A stretch of DNA of 64,000 nt from Eledone cirrhosa (taxonomy: Eukaryota): assembly GCA_964016885.1 (NCBI GenBank), contig OZ024743.1, forward strand, positions 350,672,001 to 350,736,000. The letters run 5' to 3'. The notes beneath the pieces are model-generated. The model was not told the DNA's origin and did no database searches. It worked only from the letters and a program-made list of their open reading frames with translations. The position numbers and the translations under genes are program-made. This document shows, piece after piece, positions 13,656 through 25,374 of the stretch (position 1 is the first letter of the stretch; every line of letters begins with the position of its first letter).

Positions 13656-13657
13656 AT

Positions 13658-14000
13658 GGAGGCACATGGCTTAGTGGTTAGAGCATTGGCCTTGCAATTG
13701 AAAGGTTGTGAGTTCAATTCTCAGACAGGGTGATGTGTTGTTTCCTTGAGCAAGACACTTTATTTCACATTGCTCCAGTTTACTCAGCTGTAGAAATGAG
13801 ATGATAGGGACTGGGGTCCCTATCATTCCACTGCAAAGTGGTCGTGGAGGTGTCACGGCAAAAAAGCACCCAGCACTCACTGTAAATGAGGTTGGTGTTA
13901 GGAAGGGCATCCAGCTGTAGAAATCAAGCCAGAATCAGTTCCCGTCCCACCCTTGCAAGCAGGGAAAAGCGGACGTAAAATGAAATGATGATGATGATGA
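13658..14000 (+). mobile_element. Family-2 SINE with RTE-type 3' tail
   Basis: tRNA-like head and core, then GTTGGTGTTAGGAAGGGCATCCAGCTGTAGAAA...GGACGTAAAATGA and (TGA)n shared with the RTE 3'UTR. Confidence 0.8.
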
Positions 14001-14948
14001 ATCCATTAATGGAACAGTAAAAATATGTAAAACATTCCAAAAATGTTGCATCTAATAGCTGCATATACACATGTACAGATACAAAGTGTATGCACATGCA
14101 TACAACTCAAAACATCCACATCCACACATACAATAACATCCATACCTGCACACACCTGCATGCATGCAGACATACATAAATATCTACCTAGTTGATGTTG
14201 TGTAAATTCCAATGTGAGAGTCTTGTAACTATGTTAGAAACTGACTCTCTCTATTGGTAAACATTTTTGGAATTATAAAGCTAGAAGGACGAACATACAT
14301 ACATACATACGTGCATGCCATTGAATGTGGACCGTTTACATGCTCACTGAATTTATTAAAAATAACATCCACATCATAGTAATTAATTTTCTTTCTTCAG
14401 ATTTTAAATATTTTAATAATTTATGTAAATAAAATCTTTTAGAAATGGAACTATGCAATGATCAAAGTAGTAAAACCAATTCTATGTACATAAATTGGAG
14501 GAGAAAATGTTCATCATTACAATAAAGCAACATTTTAACAGTATTTCTTTTAAACTTGTTCTTGTGCCTAATGAAAGAAGTTAGTTTTTCAATCACCCTC
14601 CACACTTTCTACACCACTATATACAGTTTGGAGGTCATAACTGAACCTTGAAACCTAAGGTAGTGATATACATGTTACATGTGTGGACAAAAATAAACTA
14701 TGAATCTCTTGCACTAGATTGAGCACCTTTTCCCTTCTTCATTATTCCTATCATGAATATTTTTGCTGCATACACACACACACACTCACTCACACTCACA
14801 CACGCACACCCACATATAAATATTGATGATGATACACTCATGGCATTGCTGTGAATGATAACAAGGTAAACATGCTGCAATAAATTAGCACCCTCACAAG
14901 CATCATCTGATACTTCAGTAAGGCAGGCTGTGAACAATGATAAAAATT

Positions 14949-14987
14949 TCATTGCCAGCAGCCCAGGTCCTCCAAATATCTTAAATG
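14949..14987 (-). CDS. Putative terminal coding exon of an unidentified gene (HLRYLEDLGCWQ*)
   Basis: Acceptor TTTTTTCAACCTCTAG. In frame with 15062-15141 across a 74-nt GT-AG intron. Non-repetitive sequence. Confidence 0.5.
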   Translation of the reverse strand, partial: HLRYLEDLGCWQ

Positions 14988-15061
14988 CTAGAGGTTGAAA
15001 AAATGTAGTTTACTTATAACTCATAGTATTCCATTCAGCTACAAATTAAGTGAAATCCCAC

Positions 15062-15141
15062 CTTTGCCACAGTATCCAGGATGTGAGAAGGAGCTAAAGA
15101 GTTGCTGTCAAGTTGTACTGGGAAAGTGGCTTGCTTTGAAA
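15062..15141 (-). CDS. Putative internal exon (SKQATFPVQLDSNSLAPSHILDTVAK)
   Basis: TACAG acceptor, AAG|GTGGGA donor, open frame, phases compatible with the neighbouring exons. Confidence 0.5.
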
Positions 15142-15981
15142 CTGTAGTAATTACATTATCGATAAGTAATTTTAACCATTAAAAAAATCATAGTGAAACT
15201 GTGTCAGGGAAGAGATTGCAAAGAAGGCAAATATAACAATATTTCTGTGTTTTTTGAATGGCTAAAATTTTCACAATGTACAAGGGTAAGTCTTACCCTC
15301 ATAATTGCTATCTGTCTATTGTCTTACATAAAGTGTTCCATTCTGAAATTGTTTTAAACAAATAATGTTATGCAAATTAAACATATTTTAATATTTTTTC
15401 CTAGAAATTATTGGTTTCTCAATTAAACAGGTGGTAAATTGGTAGAGTTATTAGAGTGGTGGATCAAATTCCTTGGTTTTTATTCCAGGTCTCTGACTTC
15501 TGAGCTCAAATCCTGCTGAGGTCAACTTTGCTTTTCATTGTTTTTGAACCAATACATAAAAATAATCCCAGGGCAGTGAATTGACAGAATTGTTAGTGTT
15601 GAACAAGGTGCCTTGTAGTATTTGTATATCCTAAATTAAAATTGCCATCTCCTGTCATTGGATAAGTGATGATGCGTCTGCAAGAAGTTGAAACCAATGG
15701 ATAGTATCAGCTTCTTTCCTTTCCTAACATGCAAAATGTCACATATCTACAGGGTTAGGTGAGATTGAAGTTGGTCTCAAGGTAATTGGTGTCATAGAAG
15801 AATTTGGTTCATGACTGTGCAATGAAAAGTTTGCTTCACAACAGTGTGGGTTCAAATCCCATTTCTACTAGGGCCCCAGGTGACAAATGCTTTGTGAGTG
15901 AATTTGGTATATGAAACGTTTGAGAAAACCTGTCGAGTGTGTGTCATTTATTGCATGCATCTTCATTGTGACATCATTTAA

Positions 15982-16425
15982 CCTTTTAGCATTTACTCTA
16001 TATATACGATTATATAAGTAAAGCCATGTGGCTGAGTGGTAAGAGAATTGGATTCACAATCGTGAGGTTGTGAGTTTGATTCCAGTACCGGGCAATGTGT
16101 TATGTCCTTGAACAAGACACTTTATTTCATGTTGCTCCTTCTACCTGGAGTTGTGACCAATAGATAGTATTAGCAATTGGAAAGACCAATGGAAACATTG
16201 TTTCCTCAGTCCAATTTGGCAAAAGTCGATCGACTGTCGATACTATTATATTTTCATAGTAAAGGCTTTGTCTCACATAATTATCTCACATAATACCGAA
16301 TCTATGAGATTTTGATATTTATTTTGAGTACCTTAACATCAGTATAAGCAGCCAGTTATGACCGGTTTGAACAGAAAGAGATGAGAGAATTCCAGCTGGA
16401 TATGGCCAATTTAAATACTAAAGGG
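15982..16425. mobile_element. Family-a MITE interrupted by a family-2 SINE
   Basis: TTAA-CCTTTTAGCATTTAC ... TAAATACTAAAGGG-TTAA. The SINE (~16016-16239) is flanked by ATACGATTATAT / ATACTATTATAT. Confidence 0.8.
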
Positions 16426-17253
16426 TTAAAGCGAGTGGCAACATTTTCTTTTCCTGCATAAAAAATATGTTCTGCAGCAAAGCAATTTGATGAACATCAG
16501 CAATATATATGTGATACTTAAAAAATAATAAAATCTGGGTTGACATCAGAAAGAGTGTCTAGCCGTAAAAAAATGCCTCAAAATATCTTATCCAACCCAT
16601 GCTAGCATGGAAAAAAATGGATGCAATGGTGATGATGATGACAGTAGTAATGATAATGACAATAATGAGAGCTAAAAGTGTATGGTAAGCTTAAGTCATT
16701 AGTAGAAATTTAAATAATTTATAAAAAAATTTCTTTTCTTTTTAAATCCCAATTTTCTTTTCTTTTTGGTAAAGTAAAATATTCAAAATTTAATTTACTA
16801 ATTAGTTATTTAAAGTAATCTCTTACTAAAGATTTTTTTCTTTCATTATATTACCTTGGACTTTTCTTTATATTATCTTGGACTTTTCTTCAGTTATTAA
16901 TTAATATTAAAGGGTCAAAGTGTGTGTGAGTAGGTGGAGGGTCCCTATGTGATAATACTTTTCAGCTTTTCACACTACTATTCCTATACAGTCACAAATA
17001 ATCCCCAAGATTAGTTTCAAAGATAAACCAACTAGAATATTTATTATCAGATTTCAATAAATCCTAATATAAAATCAAGTTTACAGCAAGGATTTGTTCC
17101 AGGGATTAGAAAAAAAACTGTTGTTTATTTATAGATTTTGAAATATATTTTATACACATTTATTTCAGTTTATATAAAAATTACTGAGTATATTTTATAT
17201 TTTTAACTGCTTTCTCTCTGTCGCAAACTCATAACTATTTAGAGTTGCTTTAA

Positions 17254-17478
17254 CCCTTTAGCATTTAAACCGGCCATATCTGGCCAAAATTCTCTCACCT
17301 TTTTCTGTTCAAACCGGCTATAACTGGCCACTCATACGGATGTTAAGGTATTGTTCTCAAAATAAATAAATAAAATCAAAATCTCATAGATTCAATATTA
17401 TGTGGGATAATTATGTGAGTTAAAGCCTTTACCGTGAAAATCTAATAGTGAATATAGAGTAATGTAAATGCTAAAAGG
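17254..17478. mobile_element. Family-a MITE
   Basis: Same TIR and internal sequence as 4179-4383. Confidence 0.85.
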
Positions 17479-17854
17479 TTCATCAGCATTATCATATTCA
17501 TCATCATTATCATTTCACATTTGTTTCACCATGCTGTCATGTGTTGTTTGTAACACATGCCAGGATGTAATTGGGGCTACTATCCTGCTATATCAGTACA
17601 GAGACTATGACTCATTCAATACGTTCTGTTTTGACATGGATGGAATCTATGACTAGATGCCTTTATGACAAAATACTGGTGTGTATGAATATAATAAGAG
17701 ACTAGGTTGTGTGTATAAAGTTTAATTAACAAGTTGAAGTTATGTGTTGCTAATTTCACTCCCAAACTAAATAAATGTGGATATGTGACTGTGTATTTAA
17801 CTATTCATAGTTAGATATATTTATATTATTATCATTACCAGCAGCATCATTTAA

Positions 17855-18077
17855 TCCTTTAACAGTTACATTACTCTATATATATACTATTGTATTTTCA
17901 TGGTAAATGATTTATCTTACATAATTATCTCACATAATATCAAATCTATGAGATTTTGATATTATTTATTTTGAGAACAATACCTTAACATCAGTATGAG
18001 CGGCTGATTACAACCAGTTTGAACAGAAAGAGGTGAGAGCATTCTGGCCGGATACGGTCAGTTTAAATGTTAAAGAG
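17855..18077. mobile_element. Family-a MITE, opposite orientation
   Basis: Reverse-complement match to 17254-17478, with TTAA at 17851 and 18078. Confidence 0.8.
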
Positions 18078-18881
18078 TTAATGTCTGTTTTCCCTGCTAG
18101 CAAGGAATGGATGAATTATCACAGACTGTGCCAGTAATCAAGTAGAACCATTAACATCTTGATTGGGCTTGGGGCTTGTATCTCGCTTACATATTTTCCC
18201 GCACCAAGTGCTTAGACGGGCCAGAGGTCCACATCTCAAATACATAAGTTTCTTGTACTCTATTGAGTGATTTTATCATGACACCAACATGAGGGAGGTT
18301 GTCAGGTTCTTGAGACAACTGAAGAGTCATCTAGGTCCTTTTTTAGCATGGTTTCTACAGCAAGATGTTCTTTCTATCACCAACAGCCATACAGGTGTAC
18401 TGGGTGCATTTTTTGTTATGGCTAGAGAGGTTGTCAGTTATAGACTCAGCAGAAAAGCCCTGTCTACCTTACAGAGGCAGGTATAGGATATGGTGGTGGT
18501 AAAAGTTGATTATAAGTATGATGTCATGGGTGTATGACAAGTGTGGTGGGGTGGTGAGATTTGGTAGGGTGATGGAGTGACCTTAGAGAGCATGAGAGGT
18601 GCTGTACTGATAGCAGCTAATAAGGGTGTGGTATGACTGGTGTATCAGGATTTTACAGGAGGGGGGGGGGGGTAGTACAGTTGGTAGGGAGGGGTGCATG
18701 ATTCTCGATAGTGTAGGTGCTAGGATTTGAGTGGTGTAAAGTTGATCCTAAATAGAGTAGGGCTGGAGTGTTCAGAAACAGCAATGATAGCTTCTAAGGA
18801 GTGATAGTAATTAGGGGGCATTGCTCACAACAGGACAACTTGTTAAACCCATACTAGCATGGGAAAATGGATGTAATATGG

Positions 18882-18920
<39 letters not shown>

Positions 18921-19449
18921 GGATGATGATGAATGTGGTGGGTGTGTATATAAATTGTGCACTTCTGTCTTTGTTATTTACATAACTCCCTTTGTTGAGA
19001 GCTTCAGCACATTTTCAAACCATTTGAAGTTCACTGACAATAGAGTGCTTTTTTCTAACAGTGGAATTCTACTGCCTTCCTTTTTAGAAGATCACGTGAT
19101 GCTGCCACAGTATGAAACTGCTACCACTGCCACAGTGGGGTTAAGTTTTGGCTCTGGCAGTATCTCAGACAAATTTCCTCGTTAGTATTAGGACTGAACT
19201 CCACCAATAATTCACAGTCAGTCCTAGCCATGAGCTGTTAGTTTTTTTTTTGGAAATATCTCACAGCATAGAAACTGTGCAGTTCAGAACATTCTTTTTA
19301 TTCAAACACAAAGTTATTTATCCACAGTTTAACATATAGTGTCCACTCTGACATGTAGATTCATATTTACAATATGCGATTTTTGTAAATTCATTGAGTG
19401 TGTGAGTTGCAACAATGCTAGACGAAATCTAAAGTCTAGCTCATTATAA

Positions 19450-19499
<50 letters not shown>

Positions 19500-19500
<1 letters not shown>

Positions 19501-19830
19501 CTTGATGCTTTTGACAGTAAGGAAGAGCAATTAGAGTCGCATAATATAGAGGAACAGTGGGAAGCTAACCTGCTGAAGGCGACATATGAAATCTGTGGCT
19601 GGAGCAGACCTATAGGCAGGAGGAGAGAAACTTGGTGGTGGAACAGTAAGGTGGAGGAGTCAATCAAGGCCAAAAAGCAGGCTTGGAAAGTATGGCAGGA
19701 GGGGGGAAGTAGAGAAGACTATCAAGTGGCCAGGAGGGAAGCTAGGAGACAAGTGTACTTCACAAGAAGGGAAGCAGAGGAAAGAAAGTTCAAGCATGTT
19801 CTACAACGAGAGGACCAAAAACGTGAACAC
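19500..19830 (+). mobile_element. RTE LINE internal fragment
   Basis: RETWWWNSKVEESIKAKKQAWK linker motif. Confidence 0.75.
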
Positions 19831-19875
19831 AGCACGCCATTTTTCATTTCTCTATATATATATAGAGAGAGGGAG

Positions 19876-19938
<63 letters not shown>

Positions 19939-20036
19939 TACAGGTAAACACAAATTTTCTGCCCCTCTCTCCTAGGTTCAGACTCATGCCAGCTTATCTA
20001 GAAACATATTACAAAGTTCAGAAATACTCTCCTTAC

Positions 20037-20109
20037 CTCTCAAATAACATGAGAGTTCAAGTGCTAAAAAATATATCATCCAGGTCGTATAAGCAAAGTT
20101 GACAAACTG
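20037..20109 (-). CDS. Putative internal exon (QFVNFAYTTWMIYFLALELSCYLR)
   Basis: CCCATTTCAG acceptor and GAG|GTAAGG donor. The only open frame ends in phase 1, matching exon 15062-15141. Confidence 0.4.
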
Positions 20110-20890
20110 CTGAAATGGGTGCGATTAAGTCTCATGTGTCCTGGGGTCCTATATGCTATCAAATATGGTAAATCTAATGTCATGCAGTCACCTCCTAATG
20201 TGAATTAACTAGTATGGCAGGTCGAAGGAAATTCAAATGTTCACCCATAATTTATATCTGGATAAATATAGGTGCCAGACTATCAGTTACCAGAATATTA
20301 TGCTCCTTCTATATCTATTTCTTTTCGCTCTCTTAGCCACACAATCTCTTGCTTTCATTCTTCACCTCCGTGTTAGTCAGTCATGTCTATGCCACTTCTC
20401 CGCAAAAGCTGACTATTCAGTTTTTCATGATATAGCCAACCAGGGCCACTCTCTAAAGGACTTTATTTATTCATCTCAATTTTCTCCTGGTTAATTTGTT
20501 GTAATAATCTTGTTATCATTGCACATTATTTTCAGTTCTATATCAACTTAGTTGAAAAGACTCATTTTATCCTATTTTATCATATGCTGCCAATCCACTT
20601 GTATTGCAATGCCTAGTGCACTGAGTAGAATGGTCCTGTCCTTAATGTACCAAAATTGTGTTGATCCCCAGCAGAGAACTCTTGATATAGGCATGTGTTT
20701 GTCCTTATTATGGGCACTAATTTTTTTTTACTCAACTTTCCAACTTCCTCTTTCTCCTTCCTTTACTCTTTTATGATGAAGGACTAATGTCTGATACATT
20801 GAATCACCCATTTTCCTTTTCGAACAAATGTGAAACTAATAAAACTTTGTGCAATTGTATCTCTGTGTTTGGCTTTATATACATATACAT

Positions 20891-21815
20891 ATCATCATCA
20901 TCATCATCATCATCATCGTTTAACGTCCATCTTCCACGCTTGCATGGGTTTGGACGGGAGTTTTCCCACTTGAAGCAAGAGTGGTTGTCTTGCTCGCATA
21001 GGACTGTCTGGCGGGTTTTCTACGACTGGATGCCCTTCCTAACACCAACCACATTTACAGTGTGGACTGGGAGGTTTTTACCGTGTTACCTACACGGCCA
21101 CATTACAGCGTGGACTGTGTGTTTTTTTGTCATGACACCTACACGATCTCATTTGTTTCGGACTGGATGTTGTGGTACCAACATAACATAACTTTACATT
21201 GAAAGGGGTGGTGTGGATGGGGTGGGGGGTAGTGGGACGGGGGTTTATTTTTGTTAGAGGTGCCTACTGACTGTGGTAGGTTTCACTTTGTACTTAGGTA
21301 AGGTGGGTCTTCTGTATTACTGAGTAGCGCCAAAGATCTCTGTCCAGTGACATTGTCTTGGAGAGGTGTAAGTGTGTGAGGTCGGAATTTATCAAGTCGT
21401 CCCAGGTTTTTTCTGGGTCTGCCTACTCCGTGGCTACCGTCTATTTTTATTGCCCTGCACTTTTTTATACAGCTGTCGTCTTTTATGCGCATCACGTGAC
21501 CATACCAACGTAGTCTTCTCTCAAGTAAACAACATCTGATCCCTCTTATTCCTAATTTCTCACTTAGTTCATTTATGCTTTGCTGTTCGCGTATATTACT
21601 ATTACACATCCAGCGGAGCATGCAAGCTTCGTTCCTCTCCAGTCTGTGTATATCCTCTGCACACAATGCCCAGGTCTCACTGCCATGTAACATTGCTGTT
21701 CGTATGCAGGCATCATACAGCCTGCCTTTCATTTTTAGAGAGAACCCTTTAGCGGCTAATAGTGGTATAAGCTCTCTGAACTTTTTCCATCCAGTTCTGA
21801 CTCTAGCTACTGTAC
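20891..21815 (-). mobile_element. 5'-truncated RTE LINE with (GAT)n tail
   Basis: MKGRLYDACIRTAMLHGSETW...RRLRWYGHV. Same family as 8340-8980. Confidence 0.9.
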
Positions 21816-21910
21816 TTTCATATATATATATATATATAACAAAGAATAGATACCAGGTGGACCATAGCCCACCAGAGTACTTGATACTTAGGGTAGTAGA
21901 GTGGGTAATT

Positions 21911-22028
21911 TGAAAAGAGTCAGGACCCCAACGGCTGAGCCCCGGACGTTTCGACAGTTAGAACCAAACAGTTTGGATCTAGCTGTCGAAACGGCCAGAG
22001 CTCAGCCGACGGGATCCTGACTCTTTTC

Positions 22029-22029
<1 letters not shown>
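21911..22029. repeat. Imperfect 119-bp foldback
   Basis: TGAAAAGAGTCAGGA...CCAAAC-A-GTTTGG...TCCTGACTCTTTTCA. Confidence 0.85.
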
Positions 22030-22060
<31 letters not shown>

Positions 22061-22745
22061 ACACACACATACAGAGAGGCACAACAACTATTTTCTGGCA
22101 ACTGATGGTCTGTTAATTCCTGTGATTGCTGCATGTGTTCCTGTGAATGTATCTACATGCAAGTGTGTGTGTGTGTGTGTACGTGAGTAAGTCATACTTT
22201 GACAAATGAGTCATTGTGTTTATCTTATTTTTTCATTGAAAATAGCTCCTGATTACCGTTCTTTAACCATACCACCACCACCACCACCACTACCATTATC
22301 ATCAACTTCATCACTATTACTGTCTCTTAAATACCCACCAATGACAACATAAACAAGAATAGAATGGATAATGATAATAACAATAATGATGATGATGATG
22401 ATGTGATGATGATTACAACTGGAATTAATATGTTAAGAACATCACCACCACTTTCTCAATAGTCTTGCCACCAACACCTCTATCACACCACCACTGTCAC
22501 AAAAATATTTACTAAACAATATTAACAATGTTTCATTTTTTTCTGTTTTATATTTACTATTAAACTTTTCACAAAATGCTAATTTCTATAAAGCGAAATC
22601 CAAATTACTATATGGGAAATACAATTTTCAAATTAGAAATATCAGCAATAACATCAGCAATACTAACTGTTACAACAGATGGGAGAACAAAATTAAAACT
22701 TGAAATGAGGATTATTTCAAAATCCTGTACCAAAGTAATCCTAAC

Positions 22746-22776
22746 CGGATTAGAGGAAGATATTAATTTGACTTGT
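22746..22776 (-). CDS. Putative 31-nt exon (QVKLISSSNP)
   Basis: T-rich tract plus TAG acceptor, CCG|GTTAGG donor. Ends in phase 0, matching exon 20037-20109. Confidence 0.35.
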
Positions 22777-23179
22777 CTACGATTAAAACAATAAAAATAA
22801 CAAATCACTGATAGCTTCTACATGGTCGCTTTACATGCTAGAAATAGTTGCTTTCAAATTTTGTTTTGAATAATTTAATCCTGGATGCACTATATTTGAA
22901 AATAAGATGAGATTGAAATGGCTGGAACACTTTTGATTATAATTCTACTGAATGAAGGCTGAAGTGGAACTAAACTATAATAAAATGTGATTGGAAAGGT
23001 GAAGATAAAATGAACTCAGTGATAGGCTGTAAATTGGTCTGTGATAGGAAGAGCTTCCTGCTGTTTAAAAAAAAATACAGCAAAAATATGACAAGCAAAT
23101 CAAAGAAAAACCCTAATTGCATATACAGAGTTAACACTTACATTGTTAATGCTGCACACATTAATGGGAGAAGGCAGGT

Positions 23180-24620
23180 AAGAGCATCTAACCATGTGAG
23201 AATCCCTCAACTATTATCAATCATACCAACTCTCTTTCTTACAACTAAAATACCACCAGAAACTTTCCCCTCTCTGTGGGGGAGGGTAAAACTTCAGAGC
23301 TGTCACCATCAATATTGGTATGCTGAAAGTCTAGAGAGATTGTAGAGATGCTAGAGCAGAAGCTAGTAGATGTTTGCTATGTACAAGAGGTAGAATCTCA
23401 ACCAGATTCCTTGAGAGCAAAGACCATAGTTCAAATTTTTGAGAGTTGATGGAGTAGGCATATTGTTGCTAAAGAAATTGATAGATAAAGTGATTGGAGT
23501 AGTCAGTGTATGTGACAGAATAATTAAGCTTATATTAGTCATAAGCAACACAACAGTAACAGTAATCTCTGCATATGCATCATGATCAGGTCTGACTGAT
23601 AAACAAAATGATGATTCTATGAGCCCCTGCTTGCAGACTACGTCCATAACAGATGACACCAATCTCATTGCCAGGCCTGGTGTTTAACCCTTTCATTACC
23701 ATATTACTAATGAAATATTCATGCTATTTCAATAAATCAATTAATTAAAAATTTTGAGGGATTTACTAAAATTAGTTAATGTTTCATTACTAAGATAGTA
23801 ACTTAACATATGATTCTTATATAAAATTATGTTTGAAATTTTTTATTTAAATAGGAATCCTTTAAAATGGGGGAGGGGGGGGGGGAGATAATGAAAGGGT
23901 TAATGGACATGGACAACACAGTGGTAGATATTCTGATATACATGGAATGATGAGGGATAAAGGTTCTTGAATATTTGGGATGCAACTGACTTCAGGGACC
24001 ATGCTTGTCAAAGAGTTACCTATCAATCAAGCAGGACACAAGCCACATGGTGTTCATATTCACCAGAAAATGGAATAAACAGATGGTTGTGAATACTATG
24101 TCTTTCCTCGGTGAAGAATGAACTGCCCAGCATAAAGTAGAGATTAATGACAACAGGGTAAGAACTAGAAGAGAGGTTTGGAAGCTGAAAGGTCCCTTGG
24201 CCATATGTAAGCTCAAAGAGGTACTTTGTGGTATGTATATTGAGAAGGGGTAGAAAATAGAAACAAGTAACATAGAAGACAGCTGGAAGTTGCTAAGACA
24301 ACCTGCTGTGAGCTACAGACCAAATCTGTGGATGGGAAAATGTTCCAGCCAAATAGCAGATGATAAGATAATAGAACAGTATAGTAGATATCAGGTATAC
24401 TTAACAAGGAGACAGCAGAAAGTAAAAAGGTTGCCAATTGTATCCAATAAGAGGATCAGTAGTGTAAGGTATTCTGGATTACAAAGTAGCATGTCAGTAA
24501 AAATTAAGATATTGTTGGTGAAAGATGCCATACAGGAGAAGACATGTCTCACCTATATAAGTGTAGAAAAATGGATGTAAAATACAAAAGATGTGATGAT
24601 GATGATAAGATGAGGATGAC
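23180..24620 (+). mobile_element. Heavily decayed RTE LINE pieces with (GAT)n tail
   Basis: Endonuclease remnants (VQE, ISAYA, FNGH) and an RTE-type tail. Confidence 0.6.
23688..23899. mobile_element. piggyBac-type MITE (family b)
   Basis: TTAA-CCCTTTCATTA ... TAATGAAAGGG-TTAA, inserted in the FNGH codons of the RTE endonuclease. Confidence 0.8.
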
Positions 24621-25374
24621 AATGATGATACTGATATACAAATATAAAGTCAGAGATATTTTAGTGGGAAGAGATTTAGTGTTTTTCCACACAATATTGG
24701 TTTGTATGTCTGGTCTTGTCTGGTTATTTTAGAAATTGGTGATAAAGAATATACAAGGTTTTCTCCCACATATAGTAAAGTGTAGTAGCTTTAGCTTTGT
24801 GGAGTAAATGCTTCTTCTCAGCAGCAGCATTTCTTTTGTTTTCAGTGGTTTTGGCACCATTGTGAATCCGAGTGAGCTAGCAGCTCTTTAGATTCAACAA
24901 AAATATTGAGGACTTTAAGTGTTGATTTTACCCAGTCTTTGAACCCCTTCTTTTGCCATAGCTGATGAGGGGGAAGATGTGTGTGTGAGCTTGTCTTGTA
25001 CATCACTTTTCTTTGTTTCCTTCTTCCGGTCATTTCTATGTGCTAACATACTTCTCCTTGTCTTTCTCTTTCAATCTATATTTCATCTGCCTGTCATGCA
25101 CCTTGTGGACTGTCACTCTGCCGACCACTGACTGCTTGTCCATTTTTGTTTTTGACAGCATTTTTATGTGAATTCAAATACACTCTTGCTTCATCTCGAT
25201 CAGAGACAACAATGTTTATATATATATATATATATCATCATCACCATTTTACGTCCGTTCTTCCACGTTAGCATGGCTGACCATGCTTTGCTCATACGGG
25301 AACTGATTCTGGCTTGATTTCTACAGCTGGATGCTCTTGCTAACACCAACCTCATTTACATATATATATATATA

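Noticed and set aside
18970-19440. Possible Tc1 transposase remnant
   Set aside because: Only faint motif traces and no TIRs found; too decayed to call.
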